From the NCBI GenBank assembly GCA_009914755.4, contig CP086569.2, positions 14,208,001 to 14,272,000 on the forward strand: a DNA stretch of 64,000 nucleotides. The letters run 5' to 3'. Source of the DNA: the human T2T-CHM13v2.0 reference genome, Homo sapiens. Made by a program: the position numbers and the translations under genes. The notes below the pieces were generated by a model. The model made no database searches. It saw nothing but the letters and a program-made list of their open reading frames with translations, and was not told the origin of the DNA. Numbering within the stretch: position 1 is the stretch's first letter; every line of letters starts with the position of its first letter. This document shows positions 63,075 to 64,000 of the stretch, piece by piece.

Positions 63075-63336
63075 TATTTTTTTAATTTTTGAGATGGAGT
63101 CTCTATCTCCTAGTTTGAAGTGTAGTGACATGATTTTGGCTCACTGCAGCCTCTGTCTCCTGTGTTCAAGAGATTCTCCTGCCTCAGTCTCCAGAGCAGC
63201 TGGTATTATAGTCGCCTGCTCACCACACCCACCTAATTTTTGTATTTTTAGTAGAGATGAGGTTTCATCAAATTATCCGCCCACCTTGGCCTCCCAAAGT
63301 GCTGGGATTACAGGCATGAACCACTATACCTGGCCT
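63075..63336 (-). mobile_element. Alu with an internal deletion
   Basis: ...gagatggagtctctatctcctagtttgaagtgtagtgac...gggattacaggcatgaaccact... Confidence 0.85.
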
Positions 63337-64000
63337 CAAGCAGTTTTAAATGGACTATCAATGATTCCACAGTTAACAGCAAAGCCAGGATTTAAAACCC
63401 AGGTTTCTGAGTCTTCAATCCATTGATCTTTGCAACACACTAAATTACAATCTAGTGATTTAAAAAAACATGTACATGTACAAATATGTATTCTATCAGA
63501 CACATAAATATTATACCAGTAGGTATAATTCAGACAGTCAACATTCAAAGTAAGAAAAATATGGAGAAAAAATGTCTGGGTTACCAAAAATTTTTTATGT
63601 TCCTACCATAACGAACAATAATAACTTATGCATTTCCTCTAGAATTTCCACTAGCACTGTAATTTGAGAGCTATGATTAATAAAAATATTTCCATATTAA
63701 TATAAAAAATCACCAGCCAAGATTATAAACAGCAAATTTCTACTGATGACTGACAGATAAAATTAAAACTTGGGGTTTTGCTGAATATTTTTTAAAACGC
63801 TAGATATCAAAGGAAATACAATTTAAATACTAAATTGAAAACTATTGGTGATTATTATGTGATGGTACCCTTTAAAACCCTTTTAAGACTCTTTAAAAGC
63901 TAGCAATAACTGTACTCAGATTAAGAAAATGTGATGGTGATATCACAACTCTACTAAACACAAAAATCATCCGAGCGTGGTGGCACACCCCTGTAGTCCT

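Overview
This is primate (almost certainly human) nuclear genomic DNA, not a prokaryotic locus. It is AT-rich, packed with Alu SINEs, and contains L1 LINEs and a complete endogenous-retrovirus provirus. The six-frame ORF track is therefore mostly noise; real coding sequence is present only as short, spliced exons. On the minus strand I can reconstruct 15 consecutive coding exons of a KDM6A-family (UTX/UTY) H3K27 demethylase gene. They run from the TPR-repeat exons at ~59 kb to the first JmjC-region exon at ~1.6 kb. All have canonical AG/GT splice sites and mutually consistent reading phases. The protein is a diverged paralogue of X-linked KDM6A, not identical to it, so I call it UTY, the Y-linked copy. 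The introns carry the following repeats:
- about 30 Alu elements, including two near-consensus AluY;
- an old L1 (9.1–12.9 kb) pierced by five Alus and a solo-LTR-like insert;
- an internally deleted L1PA-like element that keeps its 5'UTR start (28.9–34.1 kb);
- a ~9.2 kb class-I (gammaretrovirus-like) ERV provirus (37.4–46.6 kb), with LTR, tRNA-Pro-like PBS, degraded gag-pro-pol-env, PPT and LTR; its 3' LTR carries an Alu;
- three copies of an unclassified LTR-like repeat, two of them flanking a UTY exon;
- several microsatellite and purine-rich tracts.
I find no CRISPR array, operon or prokaryotic-style system. The interesting content is the exon/splicing architecture and the mobile-element landscape of this UTY segment.
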